A stretch of 64,000 nucleotides of DNA. It comes from Candidatus Kaiserbacteria bacterium RIFCSPHIGHO2_02_FULL_49_34 (lineage in GTDB: Bacteria; Patescibacteriota; Minisyncoccia; Phycocordibacterales; UBA918). The position numbers and the translations under genes are program-made. The stretch spans positions 22,914 to 86,913 of the forward strand of contig MFLE01000025.1 in the NCBI GenBank assembly GCA_001781205.1, written 5' to 3'. Below, one piece after another: positions 49,598-58,473 of the stretch. The notes beneath the pieces are model-generated. The model was given only the letters and a program-made list of their open reading frames with translations, ran no database searches and had not been told where the DNA came from. The number at the start of each line of letters is the position of its first letter. Within the stretch, counting starts at the first letter, position 1.

Positions 49598-50495
49598 ACA
49601 TTTCTCTCAATCTACGAATGCGATCGTGTGCAGGTGGATGAGTTTGGAAAAGTCCACTAACTTTTTGTCCAATGGAGCGTTTATTCCCTTCAGCAAACGG
49701 GTCACTGATGAAGAGGTGTGCGGTTGCATGGGACGCTCGCTCCATCGGGCGGGCGTGCCCGCTTATTTTTTCAAGCGCCGACGCAAGTCCCTCAGGATAG
49801 CGCGTCAAAAGTACGCCTGATGCGTCGGCAAGATATTCACGCTTACGCGAAATCGCAAGATGAATGAGCTGTGCAGCAATTGGTGCGAGAATAATGCCAA
49901 CAATACCAATAATAAGCACGACAGGATTCCTGTTGTCGTTGTTGCCTCCACCAAAGAGCGCGGCACGCATAAGCATATCAGCAACAATAGCGACAAAGCC
50001 AGCGAGCACCACTGCGACAGTCGCAACTAACATGTCACGATTCCCCACGTGCGAAAATTCATGTGCGAGCACACCTTCGAGCTCATTGCGGTCGAGGAGG
50101 TCGAGAATGCCTGAGGTCACGGCAACGGCTGCATGCTGTGGGTCGCGCCCTGTTGCAAAGGCATTGGGCGAGGGGTCATGTACGACGTACATTTTCGGCA
50201 TGGGGATGCCGGCAGTGATTGCAAGATTTTCTGCGATGCGCTGAACCTCCCGATACTGCGGGTTGTGCATGTCGAGTGGCTTCGCGCCGGTCATTTTAAT
50301 CACAAGGGTATCAGAGAACCAGTAGCTCCCAACATTCATAAGGAGCGCAAACGCAATCGCCACATAGAGAATGATTGGGTTACCCAGATACCACGCCACA
50401 CCGTATCCAACCGCAATTACCATCACCAAAAACCCGGCCATTAAGAACCAGGTCTTGCGAATGTTTTCACCTTGATGTGTATAAATAGTTGCCAT
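49596..50495 (-). CDS. htpX: protease HtpX (M48 family zinc metalloprotease)
   Basis: HEFSHVGNRD (HExxH) in a four-TM framework. 299 aa. Confidence 0.92.
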   Translation of the reverse strand: MATIYTHQGENIRKTWFLMAGFLVMVIAVGYGVAWYLGNPIILYVAIAFALLMNVGSYWFSDTLVIKMTGAKPLDMHNPQYREVQRIAENLAITAGIPMPKMYVVHDPSPNAFATGRDPQHAAVAVTSGILDLLDRNELEGVLAHEFSHVGNRDMLVATVAVVLAGFVAIVADMLMRAALFGGGNNDNRNPVVLIIGIVGIILAPIAAQLIHLAISRKREYLADASGVLLTRYPEGLASALEKISGHARPMERASHATAHLFISDPFAEGNKRSIGQKVSGLFQTHPPAHDRIRRLREM

Positions 50496-50498
50496 GTT

Positions 50499-51083
50499 TT
50501 AGAAAGAAACCTTGACCGTTTCGCGTTCAACGCTGCTCTCAGGAAGTTCAAAGAATGGTTCTTCCTTAAAGCTAAATAGTGAGCCGATCATGTTTGCAGG
50601 GAATGACTGGAGAGCAATTTTAAAGTCGCGCGCGTTGCCGTTGTAGAAGCGGCGTGCTGCCTGAAGCTTGTTTTCGGTGTCGGCGAGTTCACGCTGGAGT
50701 TCGACGAAGTTTTGGTTTGCTTTGAGGTCAGGATATGCTTCGGCGAGTGCGAAGATTTTACCGAGAGAGCTTGAAAGTGCACCTTCGGCTGCTGCCATCG
50801 CCATTACGCCATCTGCGGTGATATTGCTTGCATCAACATGTACCTTTGATGCTTCGGCGCGTGCGGCAATCACGGCTTCGAGGGTGCTACGCTCGTGCTG
50901 TACGTAGCCTTTGACGCTTTCGATAAGGTTCGGGATGAGGTCATAGCGACGCTTGAGCTGCACGTCGATGTCTGCCCATGCCTCTTTGGTGCGATGAGTA
51001 AACGAAACAAATCGGTTGTAGGCAACGATTGCCCACACGACGATAAGCGCGAGAATGATAAGGGTGATGTTAACTGGTGTCAT
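50499..51083 (-). CDS. lemA: LemA family protein
   Basis: N-terminal TM helix then ...AYNRFVS...EAWADIDVQLKRRYDLIPNL... typical LemA. Confidence 0.88.
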   Translation of the reverse strand: MTPVNITLIILALIVVWAIVAYNRFVSFTHRTKEAWADIDVQLKRRYDLIPNLIESVKGYVQHERSTLEAVIAARAEASKVHVDASNITADGVMAMAAAEGALSSSLGKIFALAEAYPDLKANQNFVELQRELADTENKLQAARRFYNGNARDFKIALQSFPANMIGSLFSFKEEPFFELPESSVERETVKVSF

Positions 51084-51159
51084 AGTATATAATTACGAAG
51101 TAATACAAACATACTACCATGAGTTTGCGAGAAAACAAGAAAAAAGGTAGGCTCTTCTC

Positions 51160-51978
51160 ATGAAGATTCCGAAGTATGTCGCACTCCAAAAAGCCGTTGG
51201 CGAGACGCCACTTTCGTGTGCAGAAGCGTACCGAGCGCGGCATCCTGAGCTCATTGGCGTGCCGCTCTCATATGCTGGAAGGCTTGACCCTCTTGCTTCG
51301 GGAGCGTTACTCGTGCTTATTGGCGACGAATGTAAGCAACAGAAAAAATATCACGGACTTGATAAAGAGTACGTGATTGAAGTAGTAATCGGTATCGGCT
51401 CTGACACAGGTGATGTTATGGGACGACTTTCTGCGGACGCTTCCCTATCAAGGACTCCGAAGGAGACTGATCTTACAACCATCGCAAGGGAGCTTTCAGG
51501 GAAAATGCTCTCGCTCCCCTACCCTGCATTTTCATCGAAAACTGTCCATGGCAAGCCGCTACATACTTGGGCATGTGAGGGGCGACTCAATGAAATTGAG
51601 ATCCCGACACAGACCGCACCATTGTATGAGATGAAGTTTCTCAGCATGAGAACAATGCCTGCTGCAGAGCTCGCAGAAACAGCAATCGAAAAGATGAACA
51701 CTATTCCGCCCGTCGAAGATGCCCGAAAGGCTCTCGGGAACGATTTTCGCCGCGGTGACATTCGCGAAGACTGGAAGCAGTTCGCTCTTGCCAAAAAAGA
51801 CATCCCGTACACCATTGCAACATTCCGCGTTTGTGCCGGCAGCGGCATGTACATGCGTACCCTTGCGAACGAAATCGCAAAAAAGTTTGCAACGAACGGA
51901 CTCTGTCTCTCTATCCATCGTTCAAAAATTGGCACACTTCATCACTTCTTAGGTATCTCATTTTTTAGAAAAAAATAG
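51160..51978 (+). CDS. truB: tRNA pseudouridine(55) synthase
   Basis: SYAGRLDPLASGALLVLIGDECKQQKKYHGLDKEY matches the TruB catalytic-Asp region (HxGTLDPxAxGvL). Confidence 0.85.
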   Translation: MKIPKYVALQKAVGETPLSCAEAYRARHPELIGVPLSYAGRLDPLASGALLVLIGDECKQQKKYHGLDKEYVIEVVIGIGSDTGDVMGRLSADASLSRTPKETDLTTIARELSGKMLSLPYPAFSSKTVHGKPLHTWACEGRLNEIEIPTQTAPLYEMKFLSMRTMPAAELAETAIEKMNTIPPVEDARKALGNDFRRGDIREDWKQFALAKKDIPYTIATFRVCAGSGMYMRTLANEIAKKFATNGLCLSIHRSKIGTLHHFLGISFFRKK

Positions 51979-52071
51979 ACCGCACGATGTCGGGCGGTCT
52001 ATGCAACAGGATGCTGCAGTGCGTACTATCCTGCGATATGCAGATATCAGCCTTGGTGTAAGAGCAAGGGG

Positions 52072-52467
52072 CTAGCCTCGGTAGAGTCTTGTGCGTGCGT
52101 GCATTGCAAGAAGCTGGTAGATAAACGCAACAAGGCTCACATAGAGCGCTGCAAGGAAAAAGTCATGCGAGTACGGACCTAGGGACACGGTACCGAAACA
52201 ACCCAGAAGTGGCAGCAGGATAATGACTGCGGCCGTCCTCGTTGTGAAGGCGTTGTATCCGCTTGCATTTTTGAAGTTTCCCCAGTACCCCGTGGCAACA
52301 CCGAAGAGTGCTCCTATGCTGGTGAGTCGTTCGATTTCTGCGATACTAATCAGATCTTCAAGCGAGTCAAAAAGGAGAACCATTCCTAGCAGACAGAGTG
52401 TCGAGAAAAAGATTAGCATTATTTGTATCACTGCTGCAGAGAGCATAGATATCACTATTTGCTTCAT
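52072..52467 (-). CDS. hypothetical membrane protein
   Basis: 131 aa, ~4 hydrophobic segments. GGAGG RBS. Confidence 0.45.
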   Translation of the reverse strand: MKQIVISMLSAAVIQIMLIFFSTLCLLGMVLLFDSLEDLISIAEIERLTSIGALFGVATGYWGNFKNASGYNAFTTRTAAVIILLPLLGCFGTVSLGPYSHDFFLAALYVSLVAFIYQLLAMHARTRLYRG

Positions 52468-52590
52468 AGAAACCTCCGTTTGTAAAAAGGACCAACGTTT
52501 GCAATGTACAACAAAAACAAAGGCTAAACAACCCCTCTTGCGTGCATAAAAATAGCCACGAGCATGCTCGTGGCCTTTGAAGAACTTTTT

Positions 52591-53040
52591 CTAGCACTTC
52601 CAATGTTTCTTTGCATACTCAGTTGCTTCTGAGAGGAGACGCCTGCTCGGCGAGCCTTTTGCTGAAACATATATTGGATCATCAAACTGATCTCGTCCAA
52701 AGTACACCACATCTCCGCCTCGTTCGGTCACTTGGTAGCGAATGTGCCCACCGACAACCTGTACCTCCTTGCCCCGAAAGACAAAGAGTATATTGGTTGA
52801 CGGCTTTGATACTGTCGACTTCTTATGGCTGCTGATTTCTCGCGCAACTGCCTTGAGTAACAATCGATATACCTCATCTTCAGGATGGATCCTAAACTGC
52901 CATGCGATAATTGCGAAAGCAGTCGGCACGCGAATCTGTGGGGTGAGGAAGCTCCTAACACACTGCACAATACCATTACGACCATATCCGCCTCCGTATT
53001 TTTCAATTAGTTCCTTGTCTGAGAGATCTTTCATTCCCAT
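52591..53040 (-). CDS. hypothetical protein
   Basis: 149-aa ORF with GGGAGA RBS. No recognisable motifs. Confidence 0.45.
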   Translation of the reverse strand: MGMKDLSDKELIEKYGGGYGRNGIVQCVRSFLTPQIRVPTAFAIIAWQFRIHPEDEVYRLLLKAVAREISSHKKSTVSKPSTNILFVFRGKEVQVVGGHIRYQVTERGGDVVYFGRDQFDDPIYVSAKGSPSRRLLSEATEYAKKHWKC

Positions 53041-53157
53041 GGTTTATCTCCCTACCGTTTTCCACTGGAAAACGGAAAGATATCTTCAAGAACAACGATA
53101 CATACTGTACAATAAAAAAACAGTGTATGCAAGGAGCATACACTGTGGTTTGTGCGA

Positions 53158-53553
53158 TTAGTGTGACGAGGGGTTACTGCGCCCGATATCCTTGTCTTTC
53201 TTGACTACAATAAGCTCAAGAAAGAACGGGGCGAACATCAGGACACTTGCGCACGTGCCGATCGTCAGTGCGATGTTTGGCCACCAGATATTTGCAATCA
53301 TCCCCGCAAGCAGCGGGCCGAGCACAAGTACTGCAGCAAAACGAACCTGGAATACACACGCAGTCCTCTTCTTGTAGGAGTGTACGGCATGAAGCACATA
53401 GATGCCTATGACCATCGCAAAGAGAAACAAAATGTGCGACATATCAAGGAGTGCCGCATCCTTAAGGATGAACGCCCTTCCCCACAGGAGGAATTCCACG
53501 AGCGCTGCAGCCAAAAAGACGAGTGCAAATCCGATTAGAACGTAGAGACGCAT
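53158..53553 (-). CDS. hypothetical membrane protein
   Basis: 131 aa, ~4 TM helices. Confidence 0.45.
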   Translation of the reverse strand: MRLYVLIGFALVFLAAALVEFLLWGRAFILKDAALLDMSHILFLFAMVIGIYVLHAVHSYKKRTACVFQVRFAAVLVLGPLLAGMIANIWWPNIALTIGTCASVLMFAPFFLELIVVKKDKDIGRSNPSSH

Positions 53554-53853
53554 GGCGTATACCTCTTCTGATTAAGAACAATGAATGCACAAGCAAATAC
53601 CATACCGCACGTTCTTATTTTTTGCAATAGCTCCGGGCTCTCTACTAAGGCATGGACTTTTTTGCTCAGTGTGTTATATTTCTCGCACCAAACCCGTCCA
53701 TAGCTCAGCTGGAAAGGCCCAACCGCTTTGCGGATCAGGGTTGGGCCAGCTGCTAAGGATGCCAGCTCCGCTGACGCTGTATGTTGTGTTTGTTAACACA
53801 AACACGGCAGATAGAGCAGTATGTAGCAGGATTGTTTGGTCTACAATATATTT

Positions 53854-53926
53854 CCGTCCATAGCTCAGCTGGTAGAGCAGCGGCCTTTTAAGCCGACGGT
53901 CCTAGGTTCGATTCCTAGTGGACGGA
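53854..53926 (+). tRNA. tRNA-Lys (anticodon UUU)
   Basis: Cloverleaf folds by hand. Acceptor CCGTCCA/TGGACGG, D-arm GCTC-AGCTGGTA-GAGC, anticodon stem GCGGC/GCCGA with loop CTTTTAA (UUU), T-arm CTAGG-TTCGATT-CCTAG, discriminator A. CCA not encoded. Confidence 0.8.
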
Positions 53927-53935
53927 CAAAATGTC

Positions 53936-53965
53936 AAAAAGAAGGCGATGAGCCTTCTTTTTGTT
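53936..53965 (+). terminator. terminator hairpin after tRNA-Lys
   Basis: aaaaagaaggc-gatga-gccttcttttt. Confidence 0.6.
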
Positions 53966-54161
53966 ACATTTTGCCCGTCCACTAGGAATCGAACGCCGGA
54001 GCCGGTACACAAGATTGTTACTGATACGAAGCTTTAGCGTAGTACAGTAACAATACTTGTCGGCGAGGCGGGGTCGGCAACGCTTAGTATTTTTGGAGCG
54101 ACAGCGAACAACAAATACTTAGCGATTGTGACCGATTCCTGCTGGACGGACGTCAGGATAG

Positions 54162-54875
54162 CTACACCGAAAGCACCCACCCCTCCAAAGCATCCTTCAT
54201 ATCCCGCTTCCCACCATGTCCATCATGATATACTGTAATAAGCGACCGAGTTAACTCCTCAATCTCCCCTTCCTTAAAATTCCGAAGTGCCTGCTTCGCT
54301 TTTTGATACGGAAAATCCTTCATATCAGCCTCCGCAGCACTCTTCGTACGAGCAGCAAGCGCAAGTGCTTTGAGCTGCCAGTTCAGAATACCAATAATCG
54401 CTTCACTACTCTCCCCTGCCTGCCACGCCTGATGCAGCTTTGTCCAGAGTCCGCGCTTGTCACGCGATGCTAATGCCTCCGCAAGTGAAAAGGTGTTAAA
54501 CGTCTGCGCCTTTGCGGCTTTTTTATACTCGAAAATATCTTGTGCATATTTCTGGAGTGCCTTTACTTTTGCTGCAAGGAGCCCTTCTTCAACAAGCACA
54601 AACGTGTGTGGTGACTGTGCGAACGCATCAAGCGATGCAAACACCTCCGCCTCATATTCGTCATTATTCGACGGTACATCGAGCACGAAAAGGTTCGTAT
54701 CACCGAAAAGAGGCATCGTATTCGCTACCTCCAAGCATCGTCCTTTGTACCACTCCGTTGCAATAATCCATTCCGGTTGACGCCCGTCCTTCTCAAAATA
54801 TTCACGGGCCTTTGCGCGCGCAGCCTCAGCATCCGTACCATAATATGCAACTAACATGCCGAGAGTATACCACAA
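54162..54875 (-). CDS. DNA polymerase III delta-subunit-like protein (HolA-like), tentative
   Basis: …MPLFGDTNLFVLDVP… resembles the HolA (S)LFG..RLV.L motif. C-terminal helical region. Shorter than canonical HolA. Confidence 0.35.
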   Translation of the reverse strand: MWYTLGMLVAYYGTDAEAARAKAREYFEKDGRQPEWIIATEWYKGRCLEVANTMPLFGDTNLFVLDVPSNNDEYEAEVFASLDAFAQSPHTFVLVEEGLLAAKVKALQKYAQDIFEYKKAAKAQTFNTFSLAEALASRDKRGLWTKLHQAWQAGESSEAIIGILNWQLKALALAARTKSAAEADMKDFPYQKAKQALRNFKEGEIEELTRSLITVYHDGHGGKRDMKDALEGWVLSV

Positions 54876-54902
54876 AACAAAAGCGACAGGTGTCGCTTTT
54901 GT

Positions 54903-57200
54903 TTATTTTGCTACTGCAATCGCCTCTTCGAGCTTAATTGAAAGGGTGCGCGAGATGCCGTCGTGACCCATAGTGATACCGTAGAGTACGCCGGCACGCG
55001 ACATGGTTTCGCGGTTATGAGTGATAAGGATGAGCTGGGAACGCTCAGCAAGTACCGAGAGTGCGTCGCCATAACGGCGGGAGTTTGCCTCGTCGAGCGC
55101 AGCGTCGGTTTCGTCGAGGATGATAAACGGTGGCGGATTGATTTGCGACATCGCGAAAATGAGGGCGATTGAGGTAAGTGCACGTTCACCACCTGAGAGC
55201 ATATCGAGTCCACGAACACGCTTGTTGGGGAGACGGACATCAATTTCGACGCCGATTTCTGGCTCTGCTTCGTCTTCATCTTCAGCTGGTGGCGGAATTT
55301 CGTCATCTTCGGTGACGGCCTGTAGTGCGGCAGCCTTCACCTTCGGGAATGAACGTACCACATGCGCAACACCACCAACAAACATACGGGCAAAAAACTT
55401 GTTGAATGCTTCGTCAATTTTCTCAAGTCCTTCGGTAAAACGATTCGTAAGCTCTTGATTGAGCTCTGCGATAATACGCACAAGTGTTTCTGATGAGGTC
55501 GCGAGGTCTGCTAATTCCTTGGCGAGAAACGCATCACGCTCATGTGCATTCTTGTACTCACGGATAACTTCTTCGTTCACACCACCGAGTTCCTCAAGAC
55601 GAATCTTAAGACGTTCAAGCATGCGCTTACGTTCAAGTTGCTCGGCGCGCGGCAGTGCGGCAAGTGCCGCATCATGCAGCTCATTACCATTCATGGTAAT
55701 TGGATGTTTCAAGTATTGCAGCGCCTTCGACTTCACGAGTACAACCGCTTCACGAAGCTCAGCATTAAACGCTTCCTCATCACGCTCGCGTATCTCTTCC
55801 CTGCTTGCAAGTGTTGCGATTTCTCGCTCGAGCTCGCGTATCTCATGGTCATACAGTTCAACTTTGTGGCGCAGCTCGCGCGATTCTTCAGTGTCTGCCT
55901 CTATCTTTGCACGGAGCACGGAACACTGGTGTTCGAGCACCTGAACACGTTCATGGACAATGCGCAATGTTTTTTGTGCAGCTTCAGCATGTGCACGAAG
56001 CTCATGAAGCTCCTGTTCCTCACCTGAGAGATCAAGCGGTTGTGGTGCGGTTTGTGCGTTTCTGTTTGCGAGTGCACCAAGTGCGGTGTGAATATTTTTG
56101 AGTGTTGTTTTCACTTCGTCAATTGAGACACTTGCAAGAGCTTGTTCAACCGCGCGCGAAATGTGCGCATAGGTCGTCGTGAAGACATCATGCGGAATAG
56201 GCGTACACACGGAACGTGACGAGCTCGTTTCGTGTGTAGTACGCACATGCGCAATACGTCGCTCCAAAAAGCCAATCTGCCCGTCGAGCGATGCCTCGGC
56301 ACGCGCGGCATTGTCACGTTCCTTCCGTGCTGCAGCAAGCTCTCCTTCACGTGCTGCAAGTATTTCAGTATCATGATGCTCACCATGCGCAGCAATACGT
56401 TCGAGTGCTTGGGTGCGCGTTGTGGTAAGTTCGGCAAGCTTTGCTCGTGGTGCAACGATGGCTGCCTGAAGCGATTTTTTCGCTTCAGTAAGATACGCGG
56501 ATTCGTGACGCAGATACTCCGCATACGCTCCTGCAAGCTCATCACGAAGTTCGATTGCGCGTTCATACTTCTTCACTTGTCTTTCAAGAAACTGGAGGTG
56601 TGGACGCGTCTCACGACGAAGCGACTCGACACGCTCACTGTTCTCACGTGTCTTTATGAGCTTCTTTTCACTTTCAGCGATTTTATATTGATAGACTCGT
56701 AAGCCGAGCGCATCTTCAATCATTTCGCGACGGAGCTTTGGCGACGCAGTAAGAATACGGTCCGCCTCACCTTGTGAAATGATATGGTGACCCGTCGTGC
56801 CGATGTTCGCTGACGCAAGCATTTCAAGCACATCTTTCAGACGCACCCGTGCCCCGTTAAGCGTGTACTCATTCGACCCATCACGCGAAACAGTTCGCTC
56901 AATCACGAGCTCGTCAAAATCCATCGGGAACACTCGGGCGCTGTTATCAAAGACTGCTGTCACCGTTGCACGTCCGAGCCGTGACACTTTTTCAGAGCCA
57001 CCAAAAATAAGGTCTTCACCCTTTTTGCCGCGCATGCGCGAGGTTGCCTGCTCACCAAGTACAAACCGAAACGACTCCGCGACATTTGACTTTCCAGAAC
57101 CATTTGGCCCCACAATCGCCGTAATCGGCGATGAAAAAAGCAGGTCGCTCTTTTTCGCGAAAGATTTAAAACCGTTGATAGTGAGTTCTTTTAAGAGCAT
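54903..57200 (-). CDS. smc: SMC-family chromosome segregation ATPase (short form, 765 aa)
   Basis: N-terminal head LTINGFKSFAKKSDLLFSSPITAIVGPNGSGKSNVAESFRFVLGEQ...RGKKGEDLIFGGSE. Long coiled-coil-like middle. C-terminal LSGGERALTSIALIFAM...FIILDETDAALD (signature and Walker B). No obvious Gly-rich hinge. Confidence 0.85.
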   Translation of the reverse strand: MLLKELTINGFKSFAKKSDLLFSSPITAIVGPNGSGKSNVAESFRFVLGEQATSRMRGKKGEDLIFGGSEKVSRLGRATVTAVFDNSARVFPMDFDELVIERTVSRDGSNEYTLNGARVRLKDVLEMLASANIGTTGHHIISQGEADRILTASPKLRREMIEDALGLRVYQYKIAESEKKLIKTRENSERVESLRRETRPHLQFLERQVKKYERAIELRDELAGAYAEYLRHESAYLTEAKKSLQAAIVAPRAKLAELTTTRTQALERIAAHGEHHDTEILAAREGELAAARKERDNAARAEASLDGQIGFLERRIAHVRTTHETSSSRSVCTPIPHDVFTTTYAHISRAVEQALASVSIDEVKTTLKNIHTALGALANRNAQTAPQPLDLSGEEQELHELRAHAEAAQKTLRIVHERVQVLEHQCSVLRAKIEADTEESRELRHKVELYDHEIRELEREIATLASREEIRERDEEAFNAELREAVVLVKSKALQYLKHPITMNGNELHDAALAALPRAEQLERKRMLERLKIRLEELGGVNEEVIREYKNAHERDAFLAKELADLATSSETLVRIIAELNQELTNRFTEGLEKIDEAFNKFFARMFVGGVAHVVRSFPKVKAAALQAVTEDDEIPPPAEDEDEAEPEIGVEIDVRLPNKRVRGLDMLSGGERALTSIALIFAMSQINPPPFIILDETDAALDEANSRRYGDALSVLAERSQLILITHNRETMSRAGVLYGITMGHDGISRTLSIKLEEAIAVAK

Positions 57201-57203
57201 GAA

Positions 57204-57719
57204 TTAAAACGCGGATCCTCCTGCGCTGTAGACCGCGCATGTCATTTGTGTTCCGCTACGAGTAGGGTCCCAGTATTCTTTTTTATCGTTGTCACATTTT
57301 GCTTTCTTCTCAATAGTTTGGTAGACCAGGAATTTGTAATCAGTACCATTTGACCGATATAGATATCCTTTGTTTGTCCCGCTACATCCTGTCGCACTCA
57401 CCGGATCAAGTGGTAATTTGGTCATGTATGTTGGTGCAAGATTTGGAACATAGCCATTTACACCAGTAACATCCTTGCTTCCAAAGCCAGAACACACACT
57501 CCACCAGGTATTGCTTGTCGACGGATATGACCCATTCACCTGCCGATATGTCTCAAGCGCAAGCTGCATTTGCGCGAGCACCGCATACCGTTGTGCATCA
57601 CGTGCATTTGCGCGCGCATTACCAAACGCAACTGCCGCACCGGCAGTAAGAATGCCGATGATAGTGATTGAGACCATGAGCTCAATCAAGGTAAATCCTC
57701 GTACTGTATTTGTTTTCAT
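57204..57719 (-). CDS. type IV pilin/pseudopilin (prepilin N-terminal methylation motif)
   Basis: MKTNTVRG|FTLIELMVSITIIGIL is the class III signal peptide plus conserved hydrophobic helix. Confidence 0.75.
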   Translation of the reverse strand: MKTNTVRGFTLIELMVSITIIGILTAGAAVAFGNARANARDAQRYAVLAQMQLALETYRQVNGSYPSTSNTWWSVCSGFGSKDVTGVNGYVPNLAPTYMTKLPLDPVSATGCSGTNKGYLYRSNGTDYKFLVYQTIEKKAKCDNDKKEYWDPTRSGTQMTCAVYSAGGSAF

Positions 57720-57842
57720 GCAGACAGTATACCGCACATTTCAGAAAACAAGCAGAATCTTATAGTGAAAAAAGCGAGCAACCTCATTTGTGAGAAATTT
57801 TAAATCCCACACGAGGTGTTCTTTAAAAAAGATATATCAATT

Positions 57843-58370
57843 CTATCTATTCGCTGCGCCCGGCGTGTAGATTGCACAGGTGTTTTGTCTTTTCGGAGTT
57901 ATTCGTGGATCCCAATACTCATCTTTTGCATCGTCGCACTTCACGTTTTTCTCCATGGTCGTATAGACAAGGAACTTGTAATCGATGCCGTCTGACCAAT
58001 AGAGATACCCACCGTCACCACTCGCTGGATAGCCATTTGCGTTGACGGGGTCAATCGGCAGTTTTGTCATGTAGGTCGGTGCAAGATTTGGAACATAGCC
58101 AGTTGCTCCTGTTACCCCTTTCGCTGGCCCATAATGAGTACACACACAGTCCCAAGATGCCTCTTTTGATTTTGGATACTCGCCGTTCACCTGCCGATAT
58201 GTCTCGAGTGCAAGCTGCATTTGAGCAAGGACGGCGTACCGCTGCGCATCGCGTGCATTCGCGCGAGCATTACCAAACGCAACTGCCGCGCCTGCGCTTA
58301 GAATGCCGATGATGGTAATTGAGACCATGAGCTCAATGAGAGTAAACCCTCGTGCCGCGTTTCTTATCAT
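57843..58370 (-). CDS. type IV pilin/pseudopilin, tandem paralog
   Basis: MIRNAARG|FTLIELMVSITIIGIL. First ~75 aa nearly identical to the adjacent pilin, C-terminal half diverged. Confidence 0.75.
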   Translation of the reverse strand: MIRNAARGFTLIELMVSITIIGILSAGAAVAFGNARANARDAQRYAVLAQMQLALETYRQVNGEYPKSKEASWDCVCTHYGPAKGVTGATGYVPNLAPTYMTKLPIDPVNANGYPASGDGGYLYWSDGIDYKFLVYTTMEKNVKCDDAKDEYWDPRITPKRQNTCAIYTPGAANR

Positions 58371-58418
58371 ACAAACAGTATACCGCATATTTCGGAAAAC
58401 ACGCAAAAAGTGAATAAG

Positions 58419-58461
58419 GTCCGACCTTCCTCATGGCATTGCCATGAGGAAGGTCGGACCT
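58419..58461 (-). terminator. 21-bp perfect-stem hairpin (terminator of rnc, upstream of the pilin promoter)
   Basis: ggtccgaccttcctcatggca-t-tgccatgaggaaggtcggacc. Followed on the minus strand by a T-rich stretch. Confidence 0.6.
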
Positions 58462-58473
58462 TATTCACTCATC

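Noticed and set aside
53694-53780. Second tRNA gene (5' CCGTCCATAGCTCAGCTGG…) upstream of tRNA-Lys
   Set aside because: Only the first 19 nt match a tRNA. There is no D-stem 3' strand, anticodon arm or complementary acceptor 3' strand downstream, so it is a truncated copy, not a functional tRNA.
53960-54150. Minus-strand tRNA or tmRNA-like gene (sequence ends …GGCGTTCGATTCCTAGTGGACGGGCA on the minus strand and begins with a complementary CCGTCCA)
   Set aside because: The T-stem does not pair (CCGGC vs CCTAG) and the ~185-nt span is too short for tmRNA. No GGGG 5' end or tag-peptide reading frame was found. It is better explained as inverted and direct copies of the tRNA-Lys 3' end.
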